This document shows, piece after piece, positions 1 through 15,000 of a DNA stretch of 50,287 nucleotides. The notes beneath the pieces were generated by a model. It saw nothing but the letters and a program-made list of their open reading frames with translations, searched no databases and was not told the origin of the DNA. Numbering within the stretch: position 1 is the stretch's first letter; each line of letters begins with the position of its first letter. The DNA is from Perkinsus chesapeaki ATCC PRA-425 (taxonomy: Eukaryota; Protista; Perkinsozoa): assembly GCA_013115145.1 (NCBI GenBank), contig JAAPAO010000226.1:1-50287 (forward strand), given 5' to 3'. The position numbers were made by a program, and so were the translations under genes.

Positions 1-1203
1 CACGTACAACATTAAGAAGCTTATACTTAGCACGAGTGTCAGGCTTATTAGTTAATAAGATAGCAGTAGCACCACAACGGAAGAGAGTGTTCTGGACTAA
101 AAATCCGCGCTCATTTCCAGTGTATATAGCTTGAGCGATAGATTCAGTTGATATAACAACGCATTTCATATTCTTCGGGTTTTGTAGAACACGTTGGGCG
201 AGATCGATAGATACACCGTTAGCACTGCAACCCATACCTGAAATGAGTAATGTAAGACTATCAAGCATTCTAGCTTACCTGATAGGTTGTAGGTTAAGAT
301 GTCACTACGCATTCCAAACTTATTGACCATGAGCGCACAGAGGGATGGAGTAGGGGAAAGCAAAGATACGTTAATGATGAGGACCTGATAAAGCAACGCT
401 GGTCATTCATGAACGTTGGGTCTACAAGGGCTTACATCAATATCTTTAGCTGTAAGTCCCGTCTTATCCATCAAACCCTGAAGAGCACCGCCCATGGCCT
501 GTTCAGCTTCGTAGCGAGCATCTTCCAGGGTTGCGGTCCATCTCTCGCCAGTCTTGAGGCTTTTAACCTGTTACAAAACGTAACCGTCACGGCGTCATTC
601 ATAAGAAAGAGTTCACCAGGTTTGGAGGAAATGCGGTATGATCGCTGGTGCCAGAATGTGCTAGAAGCTTCCCGAGGAAGTCGATACTCTCAGGGACAAA
701 ATGGTGATCAGTAGCCAACAACTTAACGATATCGGCACGAGAGACCCTCCACTCATCTGGTGGAGTAAACTCATGGTGATCGATACAATAGACACTTCTC
801 TCAGAGAAGAAATAATGGTAAGTGGCCAAACCAATAATAGCAATGGTGGCAGCCAGAGCACCTATGTAGTCGAGATGATAGCATCGATAAGTATTTTGCG
901 AATATTACTGTTCTGTTGCATCCATCCAAGAGCATCACCATGAGTTATATAGGCTACCAATACAGCGACAAATGCCATCATGATAACAGAAATGAATCGA
1001 TACCTGCATTATGAAGTAAGCAACTCTCGAATGTTGGATAGAATCCCTCACCTGTGGCAAGCCACTGTAATGTAATCCTTAATACGAATAGTCCAATAGA
1101 CTTCATCCGTGAAAGGAACTGAAGCTGTTGGCTCAACTGCTTCAGGAATATCGGGAATTTTCATTCCACCGACAGCACCGGAATCTGCTGCGAGGGAGGG
1201 CAT
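1..1203 (-). CDS. KCS: FAE1-type 3-ketoacyl-CoA synthase (type III PKS fold), copy 1; 3' end runs off the window
   Basis: Hand-spliced across 5 short GT-AG introns: MPSLAADS...SVYCIDHHEFTPP...[28 protein letters not shown]|MGCSANG (catalytic Cys)...[22 protein letters not shown]. Confidence 0.9.
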
Positions 1204-1680
1204 GCGCAGAAACGGGGTAAAAGGCCTCTATCCGCGAAAATCGTCCGAGCTTAATTAGACGGCCTATGATCAACTACAACCCTGACGACCTCGGTATTTC
1301 AGGCAATCAAAGGTTGAGTCCACGGTTCGGAACTTGGGGAACTGGTTACTCACTGGGGGTGGCACTACCGCGCCCCCCCTTGGCATTGAACTTGAGATTG
1401 CACGCATGCCCGCCTCTTGCACGCGTGCGCATATTCAGCGCCGTCGCAATCAAATATTCGCTTTGATTAAGCATTAGCCTCTGTAAGAACGTTGGGACGA
1501 TTCACTTGTTCATGGTGTCTTCGCAATGATACTGCCAACTGTCAACTGCACTGCCCGTTTTGCAGCAAGGTACCGATATGCGGTCTGTAACTCTATCGCC
1601 GCGCCCATAAGTGTGATACGTTTGTGCACGGCTCGTAACGCTCAAGTCGGAGCTCCGCACTCCCTATTTTCGGAGTTCTT

Positions 1681-2545
1681 CTAAGCATTCAATACCATTG
1701 TTCGAGTTAGCCCTTCTCTTTCGCCGGGCCTCCTCGGGTTCACCTGTACTGTGAGAGCATCCAACAATCTCAATTTCAAATATCCGTATGCCAGGAGACC
1801 GGTATCTGCGAATTCGCCCTCGAGTTTGGTGTCTCTCCACGGATAGGAAGCATCACCCTTGCGCACCTGAAATACATCTCCCCGGGCTCATTCTCGCCCC
1901 AGGGCCGGGGCTTGTAATGTATCTTTCCCGAACAGTCCAACGGATGTCACGAAGGGATATAGTAACAACGCTCTCTGGGAACATCCTTTGCAAAGAGCAA
2001 TCAAGGTGGTAGACTATAGTCGAGAATCTAGTAGGATGTTGGTCACTACCACCTGTAGCAGCTTCGGGTCGCGAAACTGACTTCCAGCATGTACGATGCT
2101 AGGCGCAAGGACCCTGGTCAGGGAGAAAGATGAGCTTCGGCATGTCGAGCAGAGAGGTCTCGTGTAACTAGAGATCATGGCTTCGTGGAACTCCCCTCAA
2201 ACCGTTGACTTACATCCTTCCCCTAAAACGTCTAAGGAGCTCTATCAACCAAGCAGAAGGGAATTATTGGAGCACGGTTTGGATGGTTCTACCAGCCAGA
2301 TGTACATGGGATATGGCGAATTACCTCCATTACTCTTCCGAATGTCGCAACATTGCGCGATAGGTGTCCTTTGGTGAGAGTGGCACGTTCCTAGAGCATG
2401 TGGCTTCCTGTCACAATGGGGCTTTAAACTACAAGGTTTACACTCCAAACTCGAGTTAGCGCCAGTGTCCTGAGCGGAGGACAGGTTGGAGCACACATGC
2501 ACTGAACATGCCGTTCATTCTATTGATCTCTGCATCCGAAGTCAT
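1681..2545 (-). CDS. Possible multi-exon hypothetical protein; exon structure not resolved
   Basis: Several open stretches separated by GT..AG segments of intron size, divergent from the kinesin. No family recognised. Confidence 0.3.
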
Positions 2546-2657
2546 GTTGAGTCATCCCAGTGGCAGGGCGGCCATACAATAGTCGGCGAGCAGCCCTTTA
2601 TAAATATTGGAACGGACTCAGTTTTTAGCAACCACTCATTAACAGGCCCATCATCCC

Positions 2658-5600
2658 ATGTCTTTAGCAGACGCTAATATAAAGGTCTACCTACGCTGCA
2701 GGCCTACAGGCAATCCCACTAGTAGAATACGGCCCAGCATAGAGAATAATACGGTATGAGCTCACTCAATGACTACAATTCAAGCCATTTCAGATCGACA
2801 TTACTGTAGGCGATGATGACAGGGGCGTTCAGGTTTGATACCTTGTCACTCCGCACTGCGATATTACATTGGGACCTCTCAGGACTATATAAACAACTCG
2901 CGAAATCGGTATCAGTTCAAATGTGATAAAGTTTTCGGTATGGGTGCTCGACAAGATGATATCTTCGAAGTTGTGGCACGGTACAGGAAGGGAGACACGG
3001 AGCTAAACCTCAGTCTGCTCCTGTGCAGGCCTACGATAGATGAGTGCTTGAGAGGAATCAATGGAACCATATTCGCTTACGGTCAGACGGGCTCAGGAAA
3101 GACTTTCACAATTACAGGAGGAACAGAGCGGTAGGGGAGAGCTCCACGATACAACGGTCACTTCATAACAGATATGCCGACAGAGGTCTCATTCCTAGAT
3201 CAGTATCTTACATCTTTGAGCAGATATCCAAGCTCACTGATGCACAATACAGGGTAGATAGATACCATATATGATCAAAACTGTTTGAAAGGTTTACATA
3301 TCCTATCTTGAGATTTACAATAATGACGGCTACGATCTGCTCTATAGGAATTCTGATGATGTTAGTGAGCTGGTAAGACAATCAAAACGTGGCTATCATA
3401 TCACCAGATGTAGCATAACCTTCCTTCGGTCACTTTACGCGAGGATGAGGAAGGCCAGATACATCTCAAAGGGCTCAGCGTGAATACCGTTCCCAACGAG
3501 CAAGAGGCACTTAATCTACTATTTCTAGTACCAATACAAGATAAGCATCTGTACTGATCCTCAGGGCGATACTAACCGCGTTGTTGCTGAGACTCCTATG
3601 AACGATTCGTCGACTCGGAGTCACTGCATGTTCATTATATGGATTGAGGCTACTATACCGGGTATCGAATAGAGTGATGCCAACTTCAGGACCACTTACT
3701 AGTAGGCTCGGATATCGTACGTCGAAGCAAGCTCCACTTGGTTGATCTTGCTGGAAGTGAACGAATAAAGAAGGTCCGCCACTACCACAGGTCGCTCCCA
3801 TTGAGTCGCTGTTGTTGATTAGACCCAAGTCGATGGTCAATTGGCAAACGAATCTCGTTATATCAACGTGTCGTTACACTTTCTAGAGCAAGTACTCTTA
3901 ATTTCGTCGGCTTCGTTGGCACAAATGACAGGTCATCGTTTGCCTGCACGAGAAGGCAATAGGAAAGCGCAATCATATACCGTATCGTAATAGCATGATG
4001 ACAAGTGTCCTCCGGTACGACCATTCATCTCGACACTGTTGCAAAGCATTAGCTCAGGGACTCTCTTGGAGGCAACTGTCGCACTAGTATGGTAGGGACA
4101 CTCTCAATGGATGGGCGATCACTAGAGGAAAGTACGCTTGAGCCTTGAAAACGCTGCGTGCGCCACGAGAGGAGCAGGTGTCAGTACCTGTCGAGTTGCT
4201 CAACGTGTCGGGCTCATCAAGAATGATGCTCACGTCAACGAGGACGTACGACAAAACGTATAGCGTCTGTGTAGGCGAAGTCAGATCGATCCTAACTTAT
4301 TGATACGACGTCTGAAGCGACAGGTGGCAGAGCTTCAAGAAGAACTCCGGTTGGTAAAGGGTGATGAGCAAGTGAGACAGTGTGACAGGCGTGGGAGTGC
4401 AGATACCAGTATCTCAGGATGAAATACTAACTTCGGAAGACTTGTCTCATTTGAAATCGCAAGTCGAAGCGTTCATTCGTGACGCAGGGTCCAGCGAAAG
4501 CCGGCTTATTTGCGGATCAATGAAAAAGTTAAGTTCGCCCACTGACTCTGCCACGATGGCGCACGTAGCAGATACAGGCATGTTTCTCTATACTGCGTGA
4601 TATGATCATCAAGTCAGCCGGCAGGGGACCGGTGATAGCCACCAGCGCACAACGGCCGAATGGTGGCCATGCTCAGAATGAGCAAGTTGAACAACTAAGG
4701 CTACAGGTGAAGAGCGGCTATGTTCGATAGCTGAGCTTTTGTTCAAGGTGGCACAACGCGATCAAGAGTTAGCTGTATTATTAAGTATGCTCAATAACAG
4801 CAAGGGTGATGATAGTGAAGGAAGGCCGCCGGTGGACAATTGTGAGTGGAAGGATCGGAGATGCTTCAAGATTGTTACTCAGCGACGAGCAGGAAAACCC
4901 ACAATGACTCTACAACCACATCAACACGGCAATCAACATCCACTGGAACACTGCAGGAGTTGGAACAGATCACCGGTTGGCGGCGGCCGTAAGCCACCGA
5001 CCCATCACGCTGTTACCATTAGGCGAATCCGCTGCAACGTTGCTGTTGGATCGACAGCGTTGCTTCGAGGTTTTTCGAAAGTCAATTCGTCGAACTGAGA
5101 CGCTAACGGAGAACAAAGAACTTTTGAGAAAGTTATGCGAAGAAGCGAAAAGACTTGGTGAGATGAGCGCCGGTCGTGAGCAGTGTGCATCCCAGGTAAG
5201 GAGGCGAACGACGCCAGAGAAGTTGTTAACAAAGAAAAAAGCAAAATTGAAAAGATACGCAAAAAAGCCATGGTGCTGGGCCATGAGGGCGATCGGGTGA
5301 GCAGCTTTTTTTTCAGACTAAAAAAGTCTTTACCTGTTGTGGCCCCAGATGCCCGAGGATTGCGCGGTTGAGATACAAATGTGTACGAGTGAGATTGAGA
5401 AGCAAACGGCGACGTATAAAGGATGCGCTGATAAACTGCGTGGAGGTCCTTACAGCCATGGGCTTTGACCGCTCAGAAATATTGCCGGTCAGTCCGGAAC
5501 GATATCGAACGAATCCAACAGATGATGGAACAAAGCCGCAAACGACTTCAGAAGGACTTCGAGAAATGGTACAGCAGCATCAGACGACAAGTGGATGTCG

Positions 5601-5758
5601 CCAGCATAACCAATGAGGATAAGAAAGAAGTAAGTTACCCATGAAGGTTTGTAAAGACCTTTGAAGAGTTCTAGATGCTGGAGGAAGATATTCGCAAATA
5701 TGATGCAGCCAAGGAAAGTATCATGGAAGTTGCTTCCGAGCTGGGAATTGGTCAATAA
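2658..5758 (+). CDS. KIF6: Kinesin-9 family motor, KIF6-like; many short introns
   Basis: IKVYLRCRP, GTIFAYGQTGSGKTFTITGGTERYADRGLIPRS (P-loop, KIF6-type context), NDSSTRSH, LHLVDLAGSER, HIPYRNSMMTSVLRDSLGGN, then a coiled-coil tail ending ...SELGIGQ*. Confidence 0.92.
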
Positions 5759-5914
5759 TTTTCCGTGAACTCGTTCGGTTAGTGTTTGGCAGTGTTGTGA
5801 CTGTGAACACAAGTACACTAACAAGTGGAAGCTAGCCGATAGTGTGTTAATCGCCCAATGGAGGGACGATGGAAATACTATGGAAAACATACGAAAAAGA
5901 GAAAAGGGATATCC

Positions 5915-7583
5915 TTAGTCAGTACGGAGGCACAACCATACCATAGAGTTACACTTGAAACCGCTACCGAAGGCAACCTGGAGAATCCTGTGACCGGGTT
6001 GCAGATGACCCGACCTCTCAATGAAACCGAGCTCGTACCAGATAGAGCTGCTACTGGTATTGCCCATATGATAAAGATCTAATCTTGATGGGAGAATGTC
6101 TCGGTCACTGAGATTAAGGTTCTTTTGGACACCATCAAGGACACCACGGCCTCCAGCATGGATGCAGAAATGGTTAATGCCTTTCTTGAAATCAGGAACG
6201 TATTTTTTGTTAAGAACGGCCTTAACAAGCTCAGGAATGGGTAAGATATGAGGAACCAGTCGTCTGAAGTTAACAGCGATGGTTTTGCCGGCGACGTCGA
6301 CGATGTTCTTGGCGAGGAAAACACCGCGGTGACCCCCCTCATCCTGATCCTCCCAAACACAGCCGTAGTCCTTCTCAGTCTTGGACTGTTGAGCACGTAC
6401 AACATTAAGAAGCTTATACTTAGCACGGGTGTCAGGCTTATTAGTTAATAAGATAGCAGTAGCACCACAACGGAAGAGAGTGTTCTGGACTAAAAATCCG
6501 CGCTCATTGCCATTATAGACTTGTTGAGCTGTTATCTCAGTCGATACAACAACGCACTTCATGTTCTTCCTGGTCTGTAGAAGACGTTGGGCGAGATCGA
6601 TGGATATACCATTCGCACTGCAACCCATACCTGTAAAGATGGGTATCAACGGTAAGCTTATTGTCGACGACACTTACCGGAAAGGTTGTAGGTGAGAACG
6701 TCACTGCGCATACCAAATTTATGAACTAGCATAGCGCAAAGTGAAGGAGTTGGAGAGACCATAGAGCAGTTAACGATGAGAATCTGAAGACGTGAACGCG
6801 ATTAGCTCCAGATTGGGCACGTTGGTTACATCGATATCCTTGGCTGTGATGCCAGTCTTATCCATCAGTCCCTGTAGAGCGCCGCTCATAGTAGTCTCGC
6901 CCTCGAATCGGGAATCAGCCAGAGTAGAGCTCCACCTCTGTCCGTCCTTAAGCGACTTAATCTGACATGAACCAGATCTCCACGACATAGACCGTGGTAT
7001 GATTACCATATTGGGAGGGAAGGCGGTATGATCACTGGTACCAGAGTTGACCAAAAGCCTGCGCATGAAGTCAAGGCTGTCAATAGTGAAGTTTTTGTCG
7101 GTTGAGAATATATTAATAATTTGCTCACGAGACACCCTCCACGACTCTGGTGGTATGAATTCGCAGTGATCAATACAGTAGACGTTGCGTTGAGGGAAGA
7201 AATGGCGTTGAATGAAGAAAACACATCCGGCAAATACAAGGGCTACAACACCTAAAAGACGAAGAGTGACGTCAGCAGGCTACAGGAACGATTACTGTTG
7301 TGCTGTAACCATCCGAGGGCATCACCGTTAGTGATATAAGAGGCAACGACAGCCACTACGGCCATAAGGATAGCCCAGAGGAAACGATACCTGATAGGGA
7401 AGCTTTGATGCTAATAGAAGGGAATGTTTATGAGCACCTGTAGAAAGCCACAGTAATATAGTCCTTCAGACGGATGGTCCATGCAACTCTATTCTCGAAG
7501 GGCACCGATGTCGTGGGTTCATGAACCTCAGCGAACATGGGGGAGGTTGGCAGTTGAGTGACGGGCTTCTTAGTAGAGGACAT
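5915..7583 (-). CDS. KCS: FAE1-type 3-ketoacyl-CoA synthase, copy 2 (complete)
   Basis: Catalytic triad motifs [15 protein letters not shown] and [12 protein letters not shown], plus [15 protein letters not shown]. The 5 intron positions match copy 1. ATG at 7583 directly follows TTTAG. Confidence 0.95.
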
Positions 7584-7845
7584 CTAAAGGCAAGGAACTA
7601 CGTATATCTATCAGACCTCCCCGAAGGCTGGAGACAAGCTTGTGTCGAACTCCGTTATCAGCGATGCGTGTGACGTCTTCACTTCGCAAAGTAACGAAAC
7701 TCGAGTATAGGACCCGCGTTCGAACCCTGGTGCCGCTGTTTCTCTTCCATTTATTTTCGAAAAAGCAAGTTCGCGTCTCGCGCTTGGTTGAGTCGTTAAT
7801 TGGTTTGCAGCGTTTTGGCATCTTCTTCGGCCTCTCTCTGATCTA

Positions 7846-9421
7846 ATGGTTAACCAGATCCCTTCCTTATTAGAAGCCTTCAAACGCTATGCTAAGGAGA
7901 ACGATGTCGAACATTACAACAAGCTAGAAGAGGTGAAGGTCCACTAATCAACCAATTTAGTATCTTTATTATTAGGTTATGCTAGATGGGTTGAGTATCC
8001 CTGTATTGGGTGACCTATCCTTCTTAAAGGACTGCAATGTCGGGTTCCTATCCCTTAGTAACTGTCAAGTCGGAGCTATAGATCACCCGTTCCCTCAAGG
8101 CACCAAGATTGAACGTCTCGAATTAAACTGTAAACATAATATTATATGACGTCCTTATATCGCTCATTGCAGACTAACAGCCTTATATATACCACTCATT
8201 TGCCTGTTCTTATCCCCTGCTATTCGTTCTCTTTCTCAGCTAACGATCTGGCCGATAAGAAGTCACTAGAGGCTCTGGCCAATCTGAAGGATACTCTACA
8301 AGAGCTTCATTTGGCTAATAATAAGTAATATCCTTCCCGATAAGAGAGTCACAGCTAATCACGAGCTTCCGGTAAAATGGCGTACATAATTATTAGACTA
8401 GCTTATGTCTCATTTCAAATCATGCTGACGTGGGCACTATCCCGGCTTAGTCTCATACCGGGCACGTTCAGTTAGACTGTCTGGCTCTTTTTGGGCCACA
8501 TCTTAAGCCCTTTCCCATCGAGAAGGGATATGGTGCTATAAGGCATTTCGATGACGCTTTCCCAATATATCAAACACCATACTTTACAGGCTGTTTCAGG
8601 TTTGCCGATCTAGATGCTCTGACTCCTCTTCACGCTCTCGCCAACATTCGCATTTTAAATCTCATCGAGTAAGTGCGGTGCTCCTCCTAATGGTACTATT
8701 TTATATCTCAGTAACCCCGTCGGTGGGGTTGAAGATGATGACAAGATGGTTAAAGCAGCGTATCGTGAAGATCTGTTGAAAGCTCTCCCGAATCTAGAGG
8801 CTTTGGATGGCTACGATAGAAGTGTAAGGGATGATTCACCAGGATCGTTATGATACTTTATATTTTTAAGGGTGAGGAGGTAGTCTTTGAGGACTCTGAA
8901 CCGGAGGATGATGAGGAGGAGTATTCCAGTGAGGAAGATGAGGATGAAGTGGATGAAGATGAGGAGGAAGAAGAGGAGGAGGTAGTAGTGTAAATGGGAC
9001 GGGGTATCGAGGCAACTCTGGAAATCGGTATCGAATCTAGACCTTACTTGAAGGGCAGGTTATTGCCCTTTACACTTCAAACTGTATTTGAGTAAGACTC
9101 CCAAATGGCCTCTTCGTACAATTCTGTAGTATTATGGATAATAGAACTGCCCAGCAGATTCCGAATTCCATAATCGACCATGATTGAGAAATCTCGGTGT
9201 CGTCAGTATAAAACCTGGTGTGGTAGAGCTTGGGGACTTTACCGGAAGTCAGCAATACGACATTGAGAGAGCAAACAATCAAACATACGGCTAGCCGGCG
9301 ACGACGATTTTCCCGAGTCAGCCCAACTTTATAATGGTTAGTTCTCTTCCTTCAGGAGGAAGAGGATGAAGCTCCCGATGCTAAAAGGAGGAAGACTACA
9401 GGTGATGATGACGAGGAGTAA
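7846..9421 (+). CDS. ANP32: ANP32-family acidic leucine-rich nuclear phosphoprotein
   Basis: LRR exons (LQELHLANNK, IRILNL), LRR cap NPV...YREDLLKALPNLEALDGYD, Asp/Glu-rich tail and C-terminal basic NLS-like KRRK. Confidence 0.85.
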
Positions 9422-9560
9422 TTATGCAAGCTATTATCATTCATTACGCTACACTGAATAGTGTAAAGGGTATTTCAGTATTAAACATCATATATCTTGT
9501 GTTGACTTTAACAAAACCGTTTCATGTTAATATCGTTAAAGGAAACTGAATCTATCTTAT

Positions 9561-11955
<2,395 letters not shown>

Positions 11956-12077
11956 CGTGGTGGTGAAGGAGGAGAGGATAAAACAACAACAACACTACGT
12001 ATCCTCATCATCATCAGCCCCCTTTAGAGAGCCCAACAGCTTATCGCGCCAGAGAGACAGTTGCGGTATTTAAATAA

Positions 12078-15000
12078 TTACCATCCTTCCTTACCATCAA
12101 AGCCGGTGAAGCCAGTGAGAAGGAAAACCGGGAAGTACCTGAGAGTCGTACGTGTGAGATGTGATGTGATGGTGCCCTACGGTTTGTCCTCAATTTGGGA
12201 ACACCAGTTCCAAGCGCTAGTAAGCCTGCCGTCAATACAACTACCTGAGCGAAATAAACAATTTTGAAATACCTGGACTGGGAATCGTACCGGCGTCGAA
12301 GAAGTTGTCACCACCAGAGCCGTCGAAAGCATGACGGAAGAAGTCCGATAAAATAATACGATGAAGATTCTCAACCTGACCGCGCGCCACGATATTATCG
12401 AGTTGATTATGATACTTACACCACCGAAGTTCTTAACCAAATTGGACATGCCTGGTGCATCTTTCATCTCAGCTATCTTATCCAAGCAGAGAACCAGTGG
12501 GCCTAGTATCCGTGGGACCTGTACATAAACCATATAGATTCTACTAAGTGCGAAGAGTCCTCAACGAGGACGAGCTCGGGACTGTGGTATCCATGGTACG
12601 TGCATACACAGCCACTTGCGAAAGTAAGTTAAATAAGAAAGAGCCTTTATTGACTCCTTTGTCGCCCTGTGCTCGTCCTTATGAACAAGCGATAGACTAG
12701 AATGATGATTTCTATAACCGTAATAAGGCAAGAAGGACTTCTTAATGACAACTTGAAGGAAGTGTGGTAGTATTATTACCTGAACGTATTTATCGATAAA
12801 CATGAGAGCATTGGGAACGTTATGGTCTCCAAGATGAACGATAGTGCCTGAAGACAAGTACTGTGGAAGAGGAGGGGAGTGATGATAAGGTGGTAATTAC
12901 TTCCAATCCATTTATCACCAAGCTGTCGTTGCACTCTGGCTACTATTTGTCTCATCGCCTTCATAACCTGCAAAGTTGAGGTGTTAAAGTCGAGAGCGGT
13001 ATGACGATAACCACTACCTTAGGGCTCTTCTGGACTCTATGAAGGCCCTGCCCAGTCTGTTGTAGTGTATAAGGGTTGGTTGGATCCAATAAATCCTCTT
13101 CGGCTAAATGCCATAGTCTGTACATATCACTAATAACCTAATAACCCGACTCATCGCCCATTCGCCCACCATTACGGTACCTCCCGCCACAATGTTAAAC
13201 TTTGCAGCACGAAGTTGTACTGTCGAGCGTGGGAGTGTGTGAGCCTGGAACCATTGTTACCTTCTTGAATGGCCAGTGATACGTTGAATCTGATGAAGAG
13301 GAGGTGGTCTGGATGAAGCCAAGGCTGCTGCTGCTGCTGCTGATGCCGAGGCTGCCCCTACTGTTCGGTGACATCCATATCAATCCTATCGGGAGAGAAG
13401 TAATGTTGCATATACTGTATCATTCTGTCACAAGGAAGGCGATTGAACCGCAAATATGTACCTGTTAAACCGGTGCTACTGAAGAGGATGGAATGTATTC
13501 GGTATGTTACTGTGATCGCCTAAGGCGTAGATGCACTGCTCGATGTCCTCTTGAGTCAGCCGAGCGCCTTCAACTTCCTCACTGTCCAAGGCGTTATCGT
13601 CCCCATCACCTATTAGACACCATGAGACCCAGGTTCGAATCTTGGTGATGGCGTTTTACTGGAGTCCTCATCAGTGCGTCCAGAGAACATATAGGAGAAG
13701 TAACCGCCGAAGTGGCCTTTATTCTTCTTCCGTTGGGTCCCCTTTGCACAATACTTCCGCGATAGTTTCCTTATGGCATTCTCCTTCTGAAAGATGAATA
13801 ATGTGATATAGCCCATGTGGGGATACTGCGGTGGGACGTATTAACGCTACGGCCTTCATAGATCGGAAGGAGAAAAAACAAAAGTCAAACAAGTTACCGC
13901 ACGGTCTCAGTGGACTTTATGAAAATCCCACTACGAGGCTGCAATGCGGCAGTGAGCAAATAATGCTAAACAACTTTCCAGCAATCAATATTGACCCAGA
14001 AATCGATTTTACTTCTCTTGTCTATTTTATTGCGTCGGGCTGGATATCGCCTTCGGAATTATACCGACTTTCCCCCACATTACAGCTTTGATATCCCTTT
14101 GAACCTCCCCTCTAGATCGGCCTTCGCTGTATATCTCCCTAGTAGCAACCTAAACCATAGTACTACCATAACTAACTAATGAGGCCACTACTTCTAATAG
14201 GGGATCATCTAGCATCTTCAATGCCCTAGGGCTGGACTGTAGGGTAGAGTAGACGGTCTTGACAGGCTCTATCACTCCTATGTGCTCGAACAGCCCTACA
14301 GTGTCTGGACGCACCTGAGTAACACCTCATACCGCTCTCTCCGCTATACTCCAAAGAAGCCTGATAGAGGTCCTGCTCTTCAAGATGAATATAGCAACAG
14401 TCCCTTCGAATCGACCACCACCCCTACATCTTGTCGACTTACCGTATCCATGAGAAAGTATATAAGTTTGCCGTAGGTAGATCGCATCCTCTCAGGGTTC
14501 AGTAGCTTATACCGTCTACTAATCTCGAATGCCTTCCGATAAAAGTCCCCATACGCAGCATAATCTCGGCTCTTCACCAATGCTGCCCCTTTACTATAGT
14601 CCTCCGCCACTACCAACCCATTGAGTATAGCACACATCTGTCGAGCTCTTATGGCCATTTGCCTGGCTGGGCTGACATTTGGGGGGAATTGGACATCAAC
14701 TTTATCGGTATAATCGGCAACCTTAAAAGGCAACGGGATGACTAGACTCTAGTAACCTATCCAGTATCACTTGCATGGCGCTCTCTACTAGCCGAAGCAG
14801 CTTCCTTTCGTCGTAGGTCAATCTAAAGGCAATACTCCTCACTAGAACATATAGGCTATCATTCACCTTATAGGAACCCATTTTGCCCGGGCCATCATTG
14901 TGGCTTGATCGTCCATCGCTCCAAGGCCGCCGGCCTCTGGTTCGGATTCCTCAGATGTTTCAACGCCTTTATCTGAAGTTCACTTCTCTACAGTCGTTGG

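Noticed and set aside
14065-14078. GGGGAAAGTC resembling the RNase P/MRP P4 motif
   Set aside because: It sits at the very start of the intron with no room for upstream helices. It pairs locally, and no distal partner strand was found.
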